Positions 12,586-25,395 are shown, counted from the first letter of the stretch. The stretch is 64,000 nt of DNA from Rhynchopus sp. YZ270_cl-10 (GCA_964035575.1 OZ037835.1:1364001-1428000), one strand, 5' to 3'. The notes: a model not told the origin generated them from the letters alone. Numbers and translations are program-made.

Positions 12586-13036
12586 ACAGCTACAGCAACA
12601 ACAGAAACAACAGCAACAACAGGCCGTGCCCCTGAAGCAACGCTCGCAGCAGTGACCGTGCTGCCGCCGCCTCCCCTCTGCTGCAGTTCTTAAAAGAGCA
12701 GATGACCTACGAGCAGCATGATGGGGCGTGTCCTCTGCCTACACTACAGTGCGCAGCAAGGTCCCGGCTCTCTAAGGTCCTGTCTAAGATAATACGAAAT
12801 AATTGGAGGCAATAAATAAAGCATTTTAGGGATAGGTTCTGGGGTGAAAATATGTGGTTTTGGGGGCTTTTTCCGGATATTTCAGTTCTATCGCTACTCT
12901 CACTAACCCTCCACCCACACATCACCCACCCAAACCTTATTACAGAACCACTACACAAAAAAACTGAAAAAAAAATTTTTATAAAACTCACTGGGAAATT
13001 CTCTCCCCCTCTTCCCCCTTTTCCACCCCTTAAACG

Positions 13037-16000
13037 ATGTCTCTGAACGATTCCAAATGGAACCCATCCCAACAAGACGACACTCTGTACGGCGGGTTTG
13101 CTGCAGGGGGTGATGCAGGGAAGGCTGCTGGTGGTGGGTTTACGGAGCCCCCTTCCTCTCATGGAATGCAAGCGGGGAATGATTGGAGCGCTCCCGCCGC
13201 TTCTGCTGCACCACCACCTTCAGGAAACAACTGGGGACGTGCCCCCGGAACTCAACAGGGCTCCGTTTTAAAGTCAATGGATGCGCGACCAATGACGTCC
13301 AACCGGGCTTCGGGGTTTCAAGCTACTACACGGTTAGGGACCGGCGCTGCGCCTCCTGGGTTTGATCCGTTTAATCAACAGAGTTCTAGTGCTTTGTCTC
13401 CTTCGCTTCCGCTTCAAAAGCGGTCGGACAATTCTCCCGAGGAGCAGTGTCTGGAGGCAGAGAAGAAGGTGAACGCATTGATAGAGGAGAGTGCGATGCT
13501 TGCGTTGCATAAGGACCATGCGTTGGCGTTGCAGAAGGCGATTGAGGCAGGGAAGCGGGAGAGGTGGCTGTGCAAGGAGCGTGAGAAGCTGGGGCTCGCA
13601 GAACAGATCAACATTGACCTGACGTACTCGGTGCACTTCAACCTTGCCGTACAGTACCACAACAGCCAATGCTATTCGGAAGCCATCAATACATACACCC
13701 TCATCGTCCGCAACAAGCAGTATGCGCAAAGTGGCAGGCTCCGTGTAAACATGGGGAACATTTATTACGAGCAGGGCAAGTACACCTTTGCGCTGAAGAT
13801 GTACAAGTCTGCTCTCGAGGTCGTCCCTACAACAGGAAAAGAGCTGCGCTTCAAAATCCAGCGCAACATGGCCAACACATACGTCAGGATGGGTATGGAA
13901 AAAAATGTCGATTTTTTTTTGAAATAATTTTACCTAGTCGCATACTGCGAATTTTCCTGGATGCGCAGGAAAAAAAATGACTGGGGAGTGTTGGTGGCTC
14001 CGCGACGCCACAGAGCCGGCACACTCGGTGAGTGCCTCACAAAACATCAAAATACTTCTTATTTGCTTTTATTTGTTGTCTTCACGCTTTATCTTTGTTG
14101 GGAAATAAAACTTCGAAACACACAACATCACGGAGGACTGGTCATGGTCATGACCAGCACTTTGAATAAGAGGTCCGTATTTCAAGCCTGGTAGGTCGAA
14201 GGTCGCTATGCCTCCCTACTACTAAACGAAATCAGAACACCAACAGCTCCAAACCTGCCAGTTTTTGGCATTTTTAATACAGGGCATTTACTACAGGTGT
14301 ATTAATTTCAACCTGCACACAGCTATACCAAACTTTTCATTGTACTAAACCCACACTCCCTACCTCCCCTAACCCCCTCTATGGACATCGTGCCTGAAAC
14401 TGTAGAAGTTAACTTCTATTTTATCAAAAACAAAAAAATAAACTACCCCCTCTGTAGGTCAATACCAAGACGCGATCAACCACTACGAAAGCATCATGAA
14501 GGACGCACCTGATATGCAGACAGGATTCAACCTGCTGCTGTCGTACTACATCCTGCGCGACAAGGACCGCATGAAGCGGCAATTCGTGAAGCTCCTGCAG
14601 ATCAAGACCAACGCTGACAACGACGATGACGATGATGAAGATGACGACGAGGCTGCCGAAGGCTCCCCCGAAAAGCAGGTCCTCGCCGACGACGGCCTCC
14701 TCACAGACCTCCGCGTACGGCGCAAACTGCACACCCAATGCATACTCACAGCAGGCCGGCTCATCGCCCCCGTTGTGGAAGCAGATTGGGAGCAAGGATT
14801 CGCCTTTATCGTAACCTCCCTTAAGCAAAGCCGTGTCAGTGAGTTGAAGCAACCCAACTCACGTCTCGCGTCTGAGCTAGAAATGTGTTGTGCGCTACAG
14901 TATTTGAAGCACCAACAATATGGGAAGGCTATAGACGGGTTGAAGGCATTTGAGAAGAAGGACCGAACGTTGAAGGCGAGGGCTGCGTGTAATCTGTCGT
15001 ATTTATGCTATCTTGAAGGCGACTACGCTAATGGCGAGCAGTACGCTGATATGTCCATCGACGCAGACAAGTACAACGCAAGCGCCTTAGTAAACAAAGG
15101 CAACTTCCTCTTCAAAAAGGGTGAGTTTGACAGATCAAAGCAGTGCTTTTTGGAGGCCCTTTCTGTAGAAGCGGACTGTGTAGAGGCCATCTACAACCTT
15201 GGCCTCGCAACAAAGGCGTTGCACCAGTACGAGGAGAGTCTGAAGGTGTTCAAGCGTCTGCAAACCATGATCGATTCCGTAGAAGTGACCTACCAGCTGG
15301 GTAACATCTACGATTTGCTAGGGCGATCAGACATGGCGGCGGAGTGGCTCCGCAAGGCTCCAACGGATCCAGCAATCTTCGCACGTCTTGCAAACATATA
15401 CGTCAAAGAGGATGACGAAAGCCAAGCATTCCACTACAACTTAGAAGCACACAGGTATACTTGAAAAAAAAAATTTGCTTTTTTTAGTGACACATAGTGT
15501 GGAAGCGAACAACAAACAAACCTTTATTTTTCAATAATGGTGTGATTCAGGGGGTACGGACAACCCACGGGGGAACCACGGAGAACTGTTTCGGGCTATA
15601 TCTCCTTGATTCATACAGTCAGTTATCCACCGAACCGTCGTATGGGTTAAAAAACCCTCTCAGTTTTGAATTGCACTATCAACTTCACTTTGAAATCCCC
15701 AACCTACATTTTTCCCCCACCGGTTGTATGACTGTATGATAATTTTCTTTTAGCGACAGAACGTCACTACCACCACTACAGATACCTGCCTGTGTGCATG
15801 GATGTGATCAACTGGCTTGGTGCGTACTTCGTGCGTAACGAAGTATACGAAAAGGCAATGAAGTACTTCGAGCGGGCCGCGCAGATCGAGCCGAAGGAGG
15901 TTAAGTGGCGTCTGCTGGTCGCGAGCTGCTACCGCCGTATTGGGGCCTTCCCTAAGGCGAAGCAGATGTATGAGGAGATCCACAGGGCGCACCCAAACAA

Positions 16001-17779
16001 CATCGAGTGTCCGCGCTACCTGCTGCACCTCTGCAAGGAGATGGGGCTGACAGAGGAGGCAGTCGTGTATCATAAGGTATGTTTTGTTAAAACAACTTGT
16101 TGTCAAAAAGATTGGAGGCAGCGTGGGCAAACAAAACGGATTGGAAAAAAAAAAAAACAGAAGCTTGCTTGTTTTCTTTACTCAATTAACCACAACAACC
16201 GCACTTTAGTTTAACACATTTTTTCATCTTTTTTTGTTTTCCGGCTTTGAGCGCACAAACAAAAGACCCGATTTTTTTTATTTTAGTGAACGCAAAATCG
16301 TATTTGGCAAAAAAAAAAAAAAAAAGTTTGAGCCCCTTCATGGAATTGAAAACCACACTGATTTTGTGCTGTACTTTTTATTTGCAAAAAACAAAGGATT
16401 TTTTAAAAAGAGGAGACGACGCTGATGGACAAAACTCCATCTTTCGATCTGAAAATATTATCTTAATCACTTTTTTTTGTGTTCCGCCAAATCATGCCTC
16501 AAACAGGAGGATTTTGTGCAAACCAACGACACACCTTACCCCCCTACTATTTCCTACTATTTTTCCACACACAATACCATAGGTTCTTGCCAAGCTCGAG
16601 AGGAGGACAGGGGCGACTCCTGTTGCGGACGAAGGGGGTGCGGCACTTGCGATGCAGCCGTCCCATACTGGGGGTACAGGGGACAACACGTATGCTCCTG
16701 TGTCGCAGGCATCTGGGGCACCAGCGCCGCTGAACTCACGTCACGCAGCACAGCTGGCAGCAGTGGAGGCAGAGAAGGAGCGGGTATGCACACACCTCAT
16801 CCACCCGTCCTTTATCATACACAGTGTTTTTGGCACCCTTCTTATTAGGGGTAAGGACAGTCTGGTAGGAATATCTCAACTTACAAAGTACTACAATGCA
16901 ATATAATACAAAACAAGAGAAGCAAAAACAAAAACAAAACAAAAACAAAAACAAACAAAACTTTCAAAACCCCCAGGTTTGGGGTGCTCAGAGGTACTTT
17001 TTTGCAGCTCGAGTCAAGAAAAATCACGAAAAATCACAACGGTTACAAACGGTTACAAATCGTTACAAATGCTTACAAAAACGAAATTGTGATTTTGTTT
17101 GGTTTTTTTGTGAGCGTCCGTGAATTTTTGTGATTATCTGTGATTTTTTGTGATTTTTTGTGATTTTTTGTGATTTTTTGTGATTTTTTGTGATTCGCAT
17201 TCCCGATTTTGTGATTTTTCGTGATTTTTTGTGATTATCTGTGATTATCTGTGATTTTTTGTGATTTTCTGTGATTTTCTGTGATTTTTTGTGATTCGCA
17301 TTCTAGATTTTGTGATTTTTTGTGATTTTTCATGATTCTTTGTGACTGGAGCTGCAAAAAAGTACCTCTGATCACCCCAAGGTTTGACTTTTTGGACAGT
17401 TCAGAACCACAGCGTTTACGATAAAGACAGTTCAGAACCACGCTATGTGGTTCTGAACTGTCCAAAACGCAAACCTTGTGCATGTTTTTAAATAGTAATC
17501 TCTACATTGGTGGCATCGGGAGAGACCAAATTCCCCTGGTATTTCTCCCAAACTTCTAGGGGGGGAACCAGAAAATTCTTACACCAAATTGGTTCCGATC
17601 CACACCAATGTAACCTTTTAAGTGATTTCTTTAGCCAGAGCTCTGGCTCTATGTGTCTTCACATTACCGTTCAAATGATCCAATACCTACAGGACGCCCT
17701 TCAGCCTGAAGCCACCCCTAAGCGTGCGAAGGAGGACGACGATGTGTCGCTGGATGATGAAGACCTGCCGGGGATGTAG
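13037..17779 (+). CDS. IFT88: Intraflagellar transport protein 88 (TPR protein), 5 exons: 13037-13892, 14458-15454, 15782-16076, 16583-16783, 17693-17779
   Basis: Recognisable IFT88 motifs (SPEEQ…EKKVNALIEES, QINIDLTYSVHFNLA, GRLRVNMGNIYY, YNASALVNKGN, DCVEAIYNLGL, VINWLGAYFV, VKWRLLVASCYRRIG). All four introns are GT-AG and join in frame (MG|QYQDAI, EAHR|YLPV, YHK|VLAKLE, EKER|DALQ). Confidence 0.95.
16981..17378. mobile_element. MITE in IFT88 intron 4 with internal TGTGATTTTT repeats
   Basis: TIR GGGGTGCTCAGAGGTACTTTTTTGCAGCTC / GAGCTGCAAAAAAGTACCTCTGATCACCCC; flanks caggttt / aaggttt (7-bp TSD, 1 mismatch). Confidence 0.8.
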
Positions 17780-18925
17780 ACTGCAGGCTTTCCAGCTGGG
17801 GGGTGAGGAAGTACTTTGGGGTTGTCATTTTTGCGCCAGAGGCACCTTCAGTTGCACCTTCAACTCTTTCATCCTCCCACCTCTTTGAATCAAGGTGACT
17901 AAGCTCGAGAGGATTGGGATCATCTTACAAACTTTCTTTCTTTCCCCAAGACATAAAATAACCACGTAGAAGCTTCCGCTACTTCGTTTTTCTTTTTTTT
18001 TAAAATCATTCTTTTCCCGGTAAAGCGTGGCCATTTGTGAATACAGTGCATTGTGTTTTACGGATTTTATAAAGAATAACTGCTGCTATCCCATGATAGT
18101 AGTCTAAAATAAAACAAAAGAAAAAATCTGGTAAACAACGTGGCCATTTGTTGAGTGATCTCTGGACGGGGAGTGATTTTTTTTTTAGCTCTCAGTCGCG
18201 TCTCACAGTCTCTCTCACACAGCCTGTTTTGTGTGTCTCACGGAGACGATCATGGACCACCCAATTTTGCAGACAACTACATGCGCCGCAATACAGTGCT
18301 TTGTCACTCCTCGCAGCATGCTGTTTGCTACCTATATTGCATTGCATGTCTATCTACGTACGTTGTGGCCCAAACCCCTCTTCAAGGCTCTTGTTTCGCC
18401 TCCCCCTCGTTCCCCATTAAGCCTTTTTCACCTTTCGCTATTTCTCATGCCCCCCCATCTCCCTCGCCCACCACGTTACCCCTTTTTTTTTGGACTTCTG
18501 TTCGGAAAAAAAATCCTTTCCACCCAACACTAAGCCTACCTTAAAGTGCATACGATCTTATTTTTGCATTTTTGAAATTCACCCCCAACCCTCCCCTCTC
18601 CCCTTCGCCCTCCCCCCCTTTTGATTTCAACCTCTTCACAACGTGTTCCAGAGGAACCTGCCAAGTGAAATTACTTAAAAATGAGAAGTGAAAATGACAT
18701 GTAAATCATTTGTCATAGCAAAATGTTTCCTTTGGGGGAGTAGGTGGGATGAGCCTACAGGCATTCTTTAAATTGCCATGATAATAAGTGACCACTTTGT
18801 CATCACTTTCACTTTGTCATGACGTGAAATTGGTCCTGGACCACGTCGATGTTCCCTACAACAATTTCCTCCCCCCTCCCCCTCCTCCCCCCCTCCACAC
18901 AACCCCAGCATTTCCTTTTGACATC

Positions 18926-20035
18926 ATGGATCTGCTGTGTCATGCACCTAAGGGCGATTCATCCGTCGTGACTACGACAGAGGACGAAACGATAGGAAGC
19001 CTCAAGGCACGCATCCTTGCCGCCACACTGTGCACACACCCTGACGAGCTCAGCTCCGGCGTCCTGCGGCAATACTCGCTGCTGTCCGGCGGGGCTGTCA
19101 TCGGCAACGACGCGACAGCATTATCGCAGACCCCTCTCGAAGCTCTATCGGAGGTCACCCTCGCCCGCACCTCTGCCGCCGTGAAAGCACCGTACAAACA
19201 CATGATGTTCTCCTCCGCGATCGCGGTCTCCCCTTGCAGCACTATTCTCATTGTCGCCACACGCTCTGCACTTGCAGCATACAATACCGAAACCACCGAA
19301 ATGCTTTGGGAAAAACCTAGCACCCTCTGGAAACTTTGCACCGCCATGGCCTTCTCCCGCTGTGGATCTTATGTAGCTTCCGGTTGGAAGGATGGAGCCA
19401 TCATTATCTACCACAGTGATACGGGAGAAATTCTAAAAGAGGCAATGTTCCCAGAGACGATCCACTCCATATGCATTACAGACTGTGGCACCTATGTGGC
19501 AGTATGTGGTACCATGCATGATGTCATCCTTTACACCCTATTTGACGCAGCGGAGCGTGTCTTGGAAGGGCATACTAGATGGGTATTGTCGGTGTCGTGT
19601 GGTGATGTGTTGGTTTCTGCTTCGGATGACCGAACACTGCGGGTATGGGATTATAAGGGGGACAACGCTGTGATGGTCCTGAGCGGGCATGAGGGTCCGG
19701 TGGGGAATGTTGTTGTCACGCAAGGTGGTGATGTGGCGGTGAGCGTCGATAACATTACAGTACGTTGCTGGGAGCTTGCGGCAGGGAGCTGTCTGTGGGT
19801 GGTACCCGCATCAGGATTGGGATTGGCGGTGGCGGGGTGCGTGGGTATGGTGTTGGTGCAACGTCCTTCTGCACCCGTAGAGTGTTTTGAATTGTGTACC
19901 GGCGACCCTATTGCTCTGGCCAACGACGACGACAGTGCAGGGGTGGTCGGCATCGTTCTCAGCGACTGCGGGCAGTTTCTGTTCCAACGGTATGCGACTA
20001 AAGGGGTTTCGGTCATCCGCCTGGAGCGGGCCTGA
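18926..20035 (+). CDS. WD40-repeat protein with N-terminal ubiquitin-like domain
   Basis: WD motifs LEGHTRWVLSVS…LVSASDDRTLRVWD and LSGHEGPVGNV…VRCWE. The N-terminus (DETIGSLKARI…YSLLSGGAVIGND…LSQTPLEALSEVTL) resembles a Ubl fold; that part is inference. Confidence 0.8.
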   Translation: MDLLCHAPKGDSSVVTTTEDETIGSLKARILAATLCTHPDELSSGVLRQYSLLSGGAVIGNDATALSQTPLEALSEVTLARTSAAVKAPYKHMMFSSAIAVSPCSTILIVATRSALAAYNTETTEMLWEKPSTLWKLCTAMAFSRCGSYVASGWKDGAIIIYHSDTGEILKEAMFPETIHSICITDCGTYVAVCGTMHDVILYTLFDAAERVLEGHTRWVLSVSCGDVLVSASDDRTLRVWDYKGDNAVMVLSGHEGPVGNVVVTQGGDVAVSVDNITVRCWELAAGSCLWVVPASGLGLAVAGCVGMVLVQRPSAPVECFELCTGDPIALANDDDSAGVVGIVLSDCGQFLFQRYATKGVSVIRLERA

Positions 20036-20460
20036 AGAGAGACATCGATGCTATTCAGAAGACGGAACATAAAAGAAGTGACGGAAATGTTACGGCATGT
20101 ATCTTTGACTCAACAACGTGAGGCATTTTATTATGTCAGGGTAAGGAGAGATGGAGACAGGCCTAAAGCTAAATAGGGGGGTCCGGGAGGCCAAATGTCC
20201 AAAAAGGGAGCAAATAAAGGGGGGGAATTGGGGGTACGTTTTTGGGCTCCAAAAGCCTCCATATTTGCATTTTTGAGCTCAACCCAGTCTGCGGTGGGGT
20301 CAATATGAAAAAATGGACAAAATTTTAGTGACTTAAATTTTCGCAAAATATGAACCCATACTCGTAAACAAGGGTCATTTTCAGGAAAATTCGGAAAATT
20401 CCGAGATTTGGAAGCAATTTTTCTCCTGAAAATCAGTGGGTTTTCAGCCCCAAAACATAC

Positions 20461-20713
20461 CGCGATTGGAATTTCCGGAATCCGTCCGCGCTGTGGTGGG
20501 GTCACTTTGCCGAAATGGCCAATTTTTTGGTTTTGGTCAAAATCCATGTGGGTAAAGAGGGCCAATGTAAATCCCACAACCAGATTTTCTCTCCCTGATC
20601 CTGACGTCTTGCATGAAAATGCGCGAAAACACCGGCATTTGCATTTCCGGAATTCGTCCGTTCTGTGGTGGGGTCAATTTGCCGAAATGGACAAGTTCTT
20701 GGTTTTGGTCAAA
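20461..20713. repeat. Two copies of an ~80-bp dispersed motif (ATTTCCGGAAT.CGTCCG…GTGGTGGGGTCA.TTTGCCGAAATGG.CAA…TTTTGGTCAA)
   Basis: Copies at ~20461-20543, ~20632-20713, ~26053-26135 (reverse) and ~48546-48624. Confidence 0.8.
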
Positions 20714-21699
20714 ACCCGTCAGTGTAAGGTAAAGGGGGCAAGTGTTTGCCTGTAGAAACTGGAAGGGAACAGGCAGCGCCGCAGGCGCGCGGTAACCAAC
20801 TTTTTTTTTTTTTTCCTATTCTTTTTTCTCCTCTTTCTTTTGACTTTCCGAGCCAATTGCGTTCCACGGCGGGGTCACATGTACATGCAAGTCCACTATG
20901 TGGTGGTCTTACTCAACAATATTAGAACTTCTGGTTTCTTAATGAAATCCCCGTACTGCAAAAAAAAAACGTTCCTACCAAAACCCCCAAAAATCCCGGG
21001 ATGAGGGATGGACTTTAGCGCGAGCCCTGGTGCCGCCGCAGGCGGCTTTTTTTTTTTCCAAACCATCCCAAAAAGGCTGTTTTTCGACGATTTGACACTC
21101 GATCTTTTCATATATTTTTTTTACGGTCACTTTAGTCACCAAACTTACCCCCTAAGTAGCCTGCGGCCTTCGTGCAAATAAAGGGGGGGAACCAGTACTT
21201 TTTCTTCGTGCAAATAAAGGGGGGGAACTCATTTTCAAAAATGTCGGGAGAAAGGAGGCGATTTAGCTTTTGGCCTGGATGGAGAGCGTGTAGTTTTTTT
21301 TTTTTAGGTGATTACACACAGAGAGGCTGAGTTAAAGGCTTTTAAAGTTCATCGTATAAACAGTTCTCTTTTATTATATTTAGCAGCGGCAGAGGAGCCG
21401 CTGAAGGGTTGTGTACCGCCCTCGTTCTCTTACGGTGCAGGTAATTCATTAGGTTTCCTTTTTAGATCTACTGTTGTAGGCCGCAGGGTGCTTTGTGCTT
21501 TCATCCGGATGGCTGGCATGGGTGGGTCAGTCAGAGGTGCATCAACAACAGTTTGTCAACTACAGTTTATTTTTGTTTCTTGATATTCGCGTGGATGTTG
21601 TTTGTTATTATAGGCTAGTTGACGTCACGGACATTTGGGTTTGGGAGGGTTTGAGAGGATTTGGGCAGATTTGGGGGGGTTTGAGAGGGTTAGTAAGGG

Positions 21700-22750
21700 T
21701 AGGGCAGGGTATGGCACGGTGCAGGGTATGGCACGGTTTGGCACGGTGTGGCAGGGTATGGCAGGGTTTGGCACGGGTATGGCATGGTATGGCAGGGTAT
21801 GGCACGGTTTGGCAGGGTATGGCACCGTTTGTCACGGGTGTGGCAGGGTATGGCAGGGTGTGGCACGGTTTGGCACGGGTATGGCGCAGTGTGGCACGGT
21901 GTGGCACGTGTATGGCAGGGTGTGGCACAGTGTGGCACGGGTAGCCAGTACCCAGTACCCAGTACCCAGTACCCAGTACCCAGTACCCAGTACCCAGTAC
22001 CCAGTACCCAGTACCCAGTACCCAGTACCCAGTACCCAGTACCCAGTACCCAGTACCCAGTACCCAGTACCCAGTACCCAGTACCCAGTACCCAGTACCC
22101 AGTACCCAGTACCCAGTACCCAGTACCCAGTACCCAGTACCCAGTACCCAGTACCCAGTACCCAGTACCCAGTACCCAGTACCCAGTACCCAGTACCCAG
22201 TACCCAGACATTAGCCATTAGCCAGTAGCCAGTAGCCAGTAGCTAGTAACCATTAGCCATTAGCCATTAGCCATTAGCCATTAGCCATTAGCCATTAGCC
22301 ATTAGCCATTAGCCATTAGCCATTAGCCATTAGCCATTAGCCATTAGCCATTAGCCATTAGCCATTAGCCATTAGCCATTAGCCATTAGCCATTAGCCAT
22401 TAGCCATTAGCCATTAGCCATTAGCCATTAGCCATTAGCCATTAGCCATTAGCCATTAGCCATTAGCCATTAGCCATTAGCCATTAGCCATTAGCCATTA
22501 GCCATTAGCCATTAGCCATTAGCCATTAGCCATTAGCCATTAGCCATTAGCCATTAGCCATTAGCCATTAGCCATTAGCCATTAGCCATTAGCCATTAGC
22601 CATTAGCCATTAGCCATTAGCCAGTACCCAGTACCGGGGGGGTATGGCAGGGTGTGGCAGGGCATGGCACGGTGTGGCACGGTGTGGCACGGTGTGGCAC
22701 GGTGTGGCACGGTGTGGCACGGTGTGGCACGGTGTGGCACGGTGTGGGGC
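21700..22750. repeat. Composite satellite: GGCA(C/G)GGT(G/A)T 10-mers / (CCAGTAC)n 21946-22207 / (CCATTAG)n ~22250-22620 / 10-mers
   Basis: Directly visible. Confidence 0.95.
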
Positions 22751-24158
22751 ATGATTATCCCAAAAAAAAGGCAAACGTGCGGTATGGGAGGGTATGGCAG
22801 GGTATGGTTGGGTATGGTAGGGTATGCGAGGGTTTTGGAGGGTTTGGGGGCATTTGAGGGCGGTATGGGGGGGTATTAGGGGGCACAGCCCTTAAGGAAA
22901 TCCTTAAGGACCCTCTGTAACGCTCGTGTTTTTTCAAGAATTTTTTGAAAAAAAGTCATAAAACCCGCCAAGGTGGGTCTACCTGGTCCCAAAGTGGCCT
23001 AAAATTCGTCGATTCTGCCCAATGAAACCCCAAACAACCAAAACTGAGCGTTTATTTTCGAAAAAAAAATCACTTTTTTTTCGAAAAAACGGCTTCGAAA
23101 ATAGTAAGATTTTAGTAAGATTTCCTCTAGGAATGTAACGCTTTCAAAAAAATGGATCCGGGAGCACAGTTTTTCTTCTAAGGTGCCGAAAACCACCCCA
23201 CGTCCCCTCCGGTGAGGTCCGGCAGTGTAAATATGTGGGTTTCGAAGCTTTTGGGCGTCCAGATTGGGGCCCGAGCGTGTATTTGAGTGGATGAGACAGA
23301 AAAGGGGGCAGTTTTTACCTCGTTTTTTAGGCCTTTTCGTCACTCCAAAACCCAAAAATCGCCCACAAAACGTCCATAGAAGGCACCAATACCCCCGGGG
23401 TTGATCTTAGATACCTTATGGGGGTTGAAAAATCGTATTTACAACCATTTTCTGGTCGATTTTGGTGCCCGGAGGTCCAAATAGAAGGTATGTAATGGTT
23501 GTGTAACGGTTGGCCCCTCCCGGCTAAAATGTGGTTTTTGTGTATAAAAAAAAATTCAATATTTTCAGCGAAGACATTGAAAAAACTGGACTTTTGGCCC
23601 CAAAACCCCCCAGAAATCACTCTGTGCACACATCTGACTGGAAAACCCCACTTTTCCTCTTGTTTTGGACTATTTTAAATTTTTGAATTTCTTTATAAAT
23701 CGCCCTGCTATCAAATACCCTCAGAGAAGGGGGAAATTGGGTGAAAACGTGTCAAAAAGTGTCAAAAAATCGGGGGGGAAAGTGCCAAAAGGCATCAAAA
23801 AGTAAGAAATAGTGCCACAAATGTGTTTTCTGGGGTGGTTTTGTGTTTTCGGATATTTTTTTTACACTTTTTCATGATTTTTTGTTGAGTGTTACAGAAA
23901 AAAGGGCCTCGCTGTGCTCCCTAATGGGGGGGTATGGGACACGATTTTCCAGAAAAATGGACAAATTTCCTAAACCGACCCGTGGCGTCAACTAGCCTAT
24001 ATTATGACGATGAAATACTATTTCTCTATGGCATCGGTAAGTCCGCAGAGGGTTCTTAAACAAAAACTGCCAACAAAAACTGCTGAGGTTGTTACTAAAA
24101 TTTCACGTCTCAATTCGATCGGCAAATACAAAACAAATTCCCCCCCCCCCCCCCCCCC

Positions 24159-25358
24159 TAGGGGATACGACTCCAGCCATTTTGGCTGGGACCAAACGCA
24201 CGGAAAATTCATTTGGCATTATCTGGCCATCTCCAAGGCAACTGCGGGTGAAAAACACCTCAGAGTGGGTCACAGGGGGCCTGTGGGTCGAAAAACGACC
24301 CAGAAGCCACCCCAGAATACAAAAAAATGGAAAAAAATAGTGAAAAAACGGCTTTTTTCACGTTTTGGCCACTTTGGGCAAAATAGCGATTTTTCGAGAA
24401 AAAAATCAAAAACCGGGATATTTTTTGACATCACAAAGCCTCCTTTGGCACAAATATACCCCAAAAGTGGCCTGTGAGTCCATTCCAACCTGTTTTGGAC
24501 ATATTTGACACTTTTGGAAGTGTTTTTTTGGTGTTTTTAGGTCAAAAAAATGCCCAAGACGTCCCCAAGACATCCCCAAGACACTTTGCACACCCCCTGT
24601 TACGGTCATATTTTTTTCGTTTTTTTGCCTGAAACCCCCAAAATACCCCTCCCGGACCCCACATAGTCCCGAATATCCATCACACACCCACTCAGAGTGA
24701 GTAGAAGCACCCCAAAAAAAATATTTTTTAAAGCCCTAAAATTGTGCTTCAGTTTCGGCAGCATCCATGTTGAAGTTGAAGGGCTTTAAAAAATATTTTT
24801 TTTGGGGTGCTTCTACTCACTCTGAGTGGGTGTGTGATGGATATTCGGGACTATGTGGGGTCCGGGAGGGGTATTTTGGGGGTTTCAGGCAAAAAAACGA
24901 AAAAAATATGACCGTAACAGGGGGTGTGCAAAGTGTCTTGGGGATGTCTTGGGGACGTCTTGGGCATTTTTTTGACCTAAAAACACCAAAAAAACACTTC
25001 CAAAAGTGTCAAATATGTCCAAAACAGGTTGGAATGGACTCACAGGCCACTTTTGGGGTATATTTGTGCCAAAGGAGGCTTTGTGATGTCAAAAAATATC
25101 CCGGTTTTTGATTTTTTTCTCGAAAAATCGCTATTTTGCCCAAAGTGGCCAAAACGTGAAAAAAGCCGTTTTTTCACTATTTTTTTCCATTTTTTTGTAT
25201 TCTGGGGTGGCTTCTGGGTCGTTTTTCGACCCACAGGCCCCCTGTGACCCACTCTGAGGTGTTTTTCACCCGCAGTTGCCTTGGAGATGGCCAGATAATG
25301 CCAAATGAATTTTCCGTGCGTTTGGTCCCAGCCAAAATGGCTGGAGTCGTATCCCCTA
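24159..25358. mobile_element. 1.2-kb near-perfect palindrome (foldback element), ~580-bp arms, 42-bp spacer (24738-24779), TA-flanked inside poly-C
   Basis: 24159-24737 is the reverse complement of 24780-25358; ends TA-GGGGATACG…CGTATCCCC-TA with C-runs on both sides. Confidence 0.9.
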
Positions 25359-25395
25359 CCCCCCCCCCCCCCCCAAAAAAAAAAAAAAAACAATT

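Noticed and set aside
22250..22620. (TTAGCCA)n as interstitial telomere
   Set aside because: The unit differs from TTAGGG and grades into CCAGTAC via intermediates.
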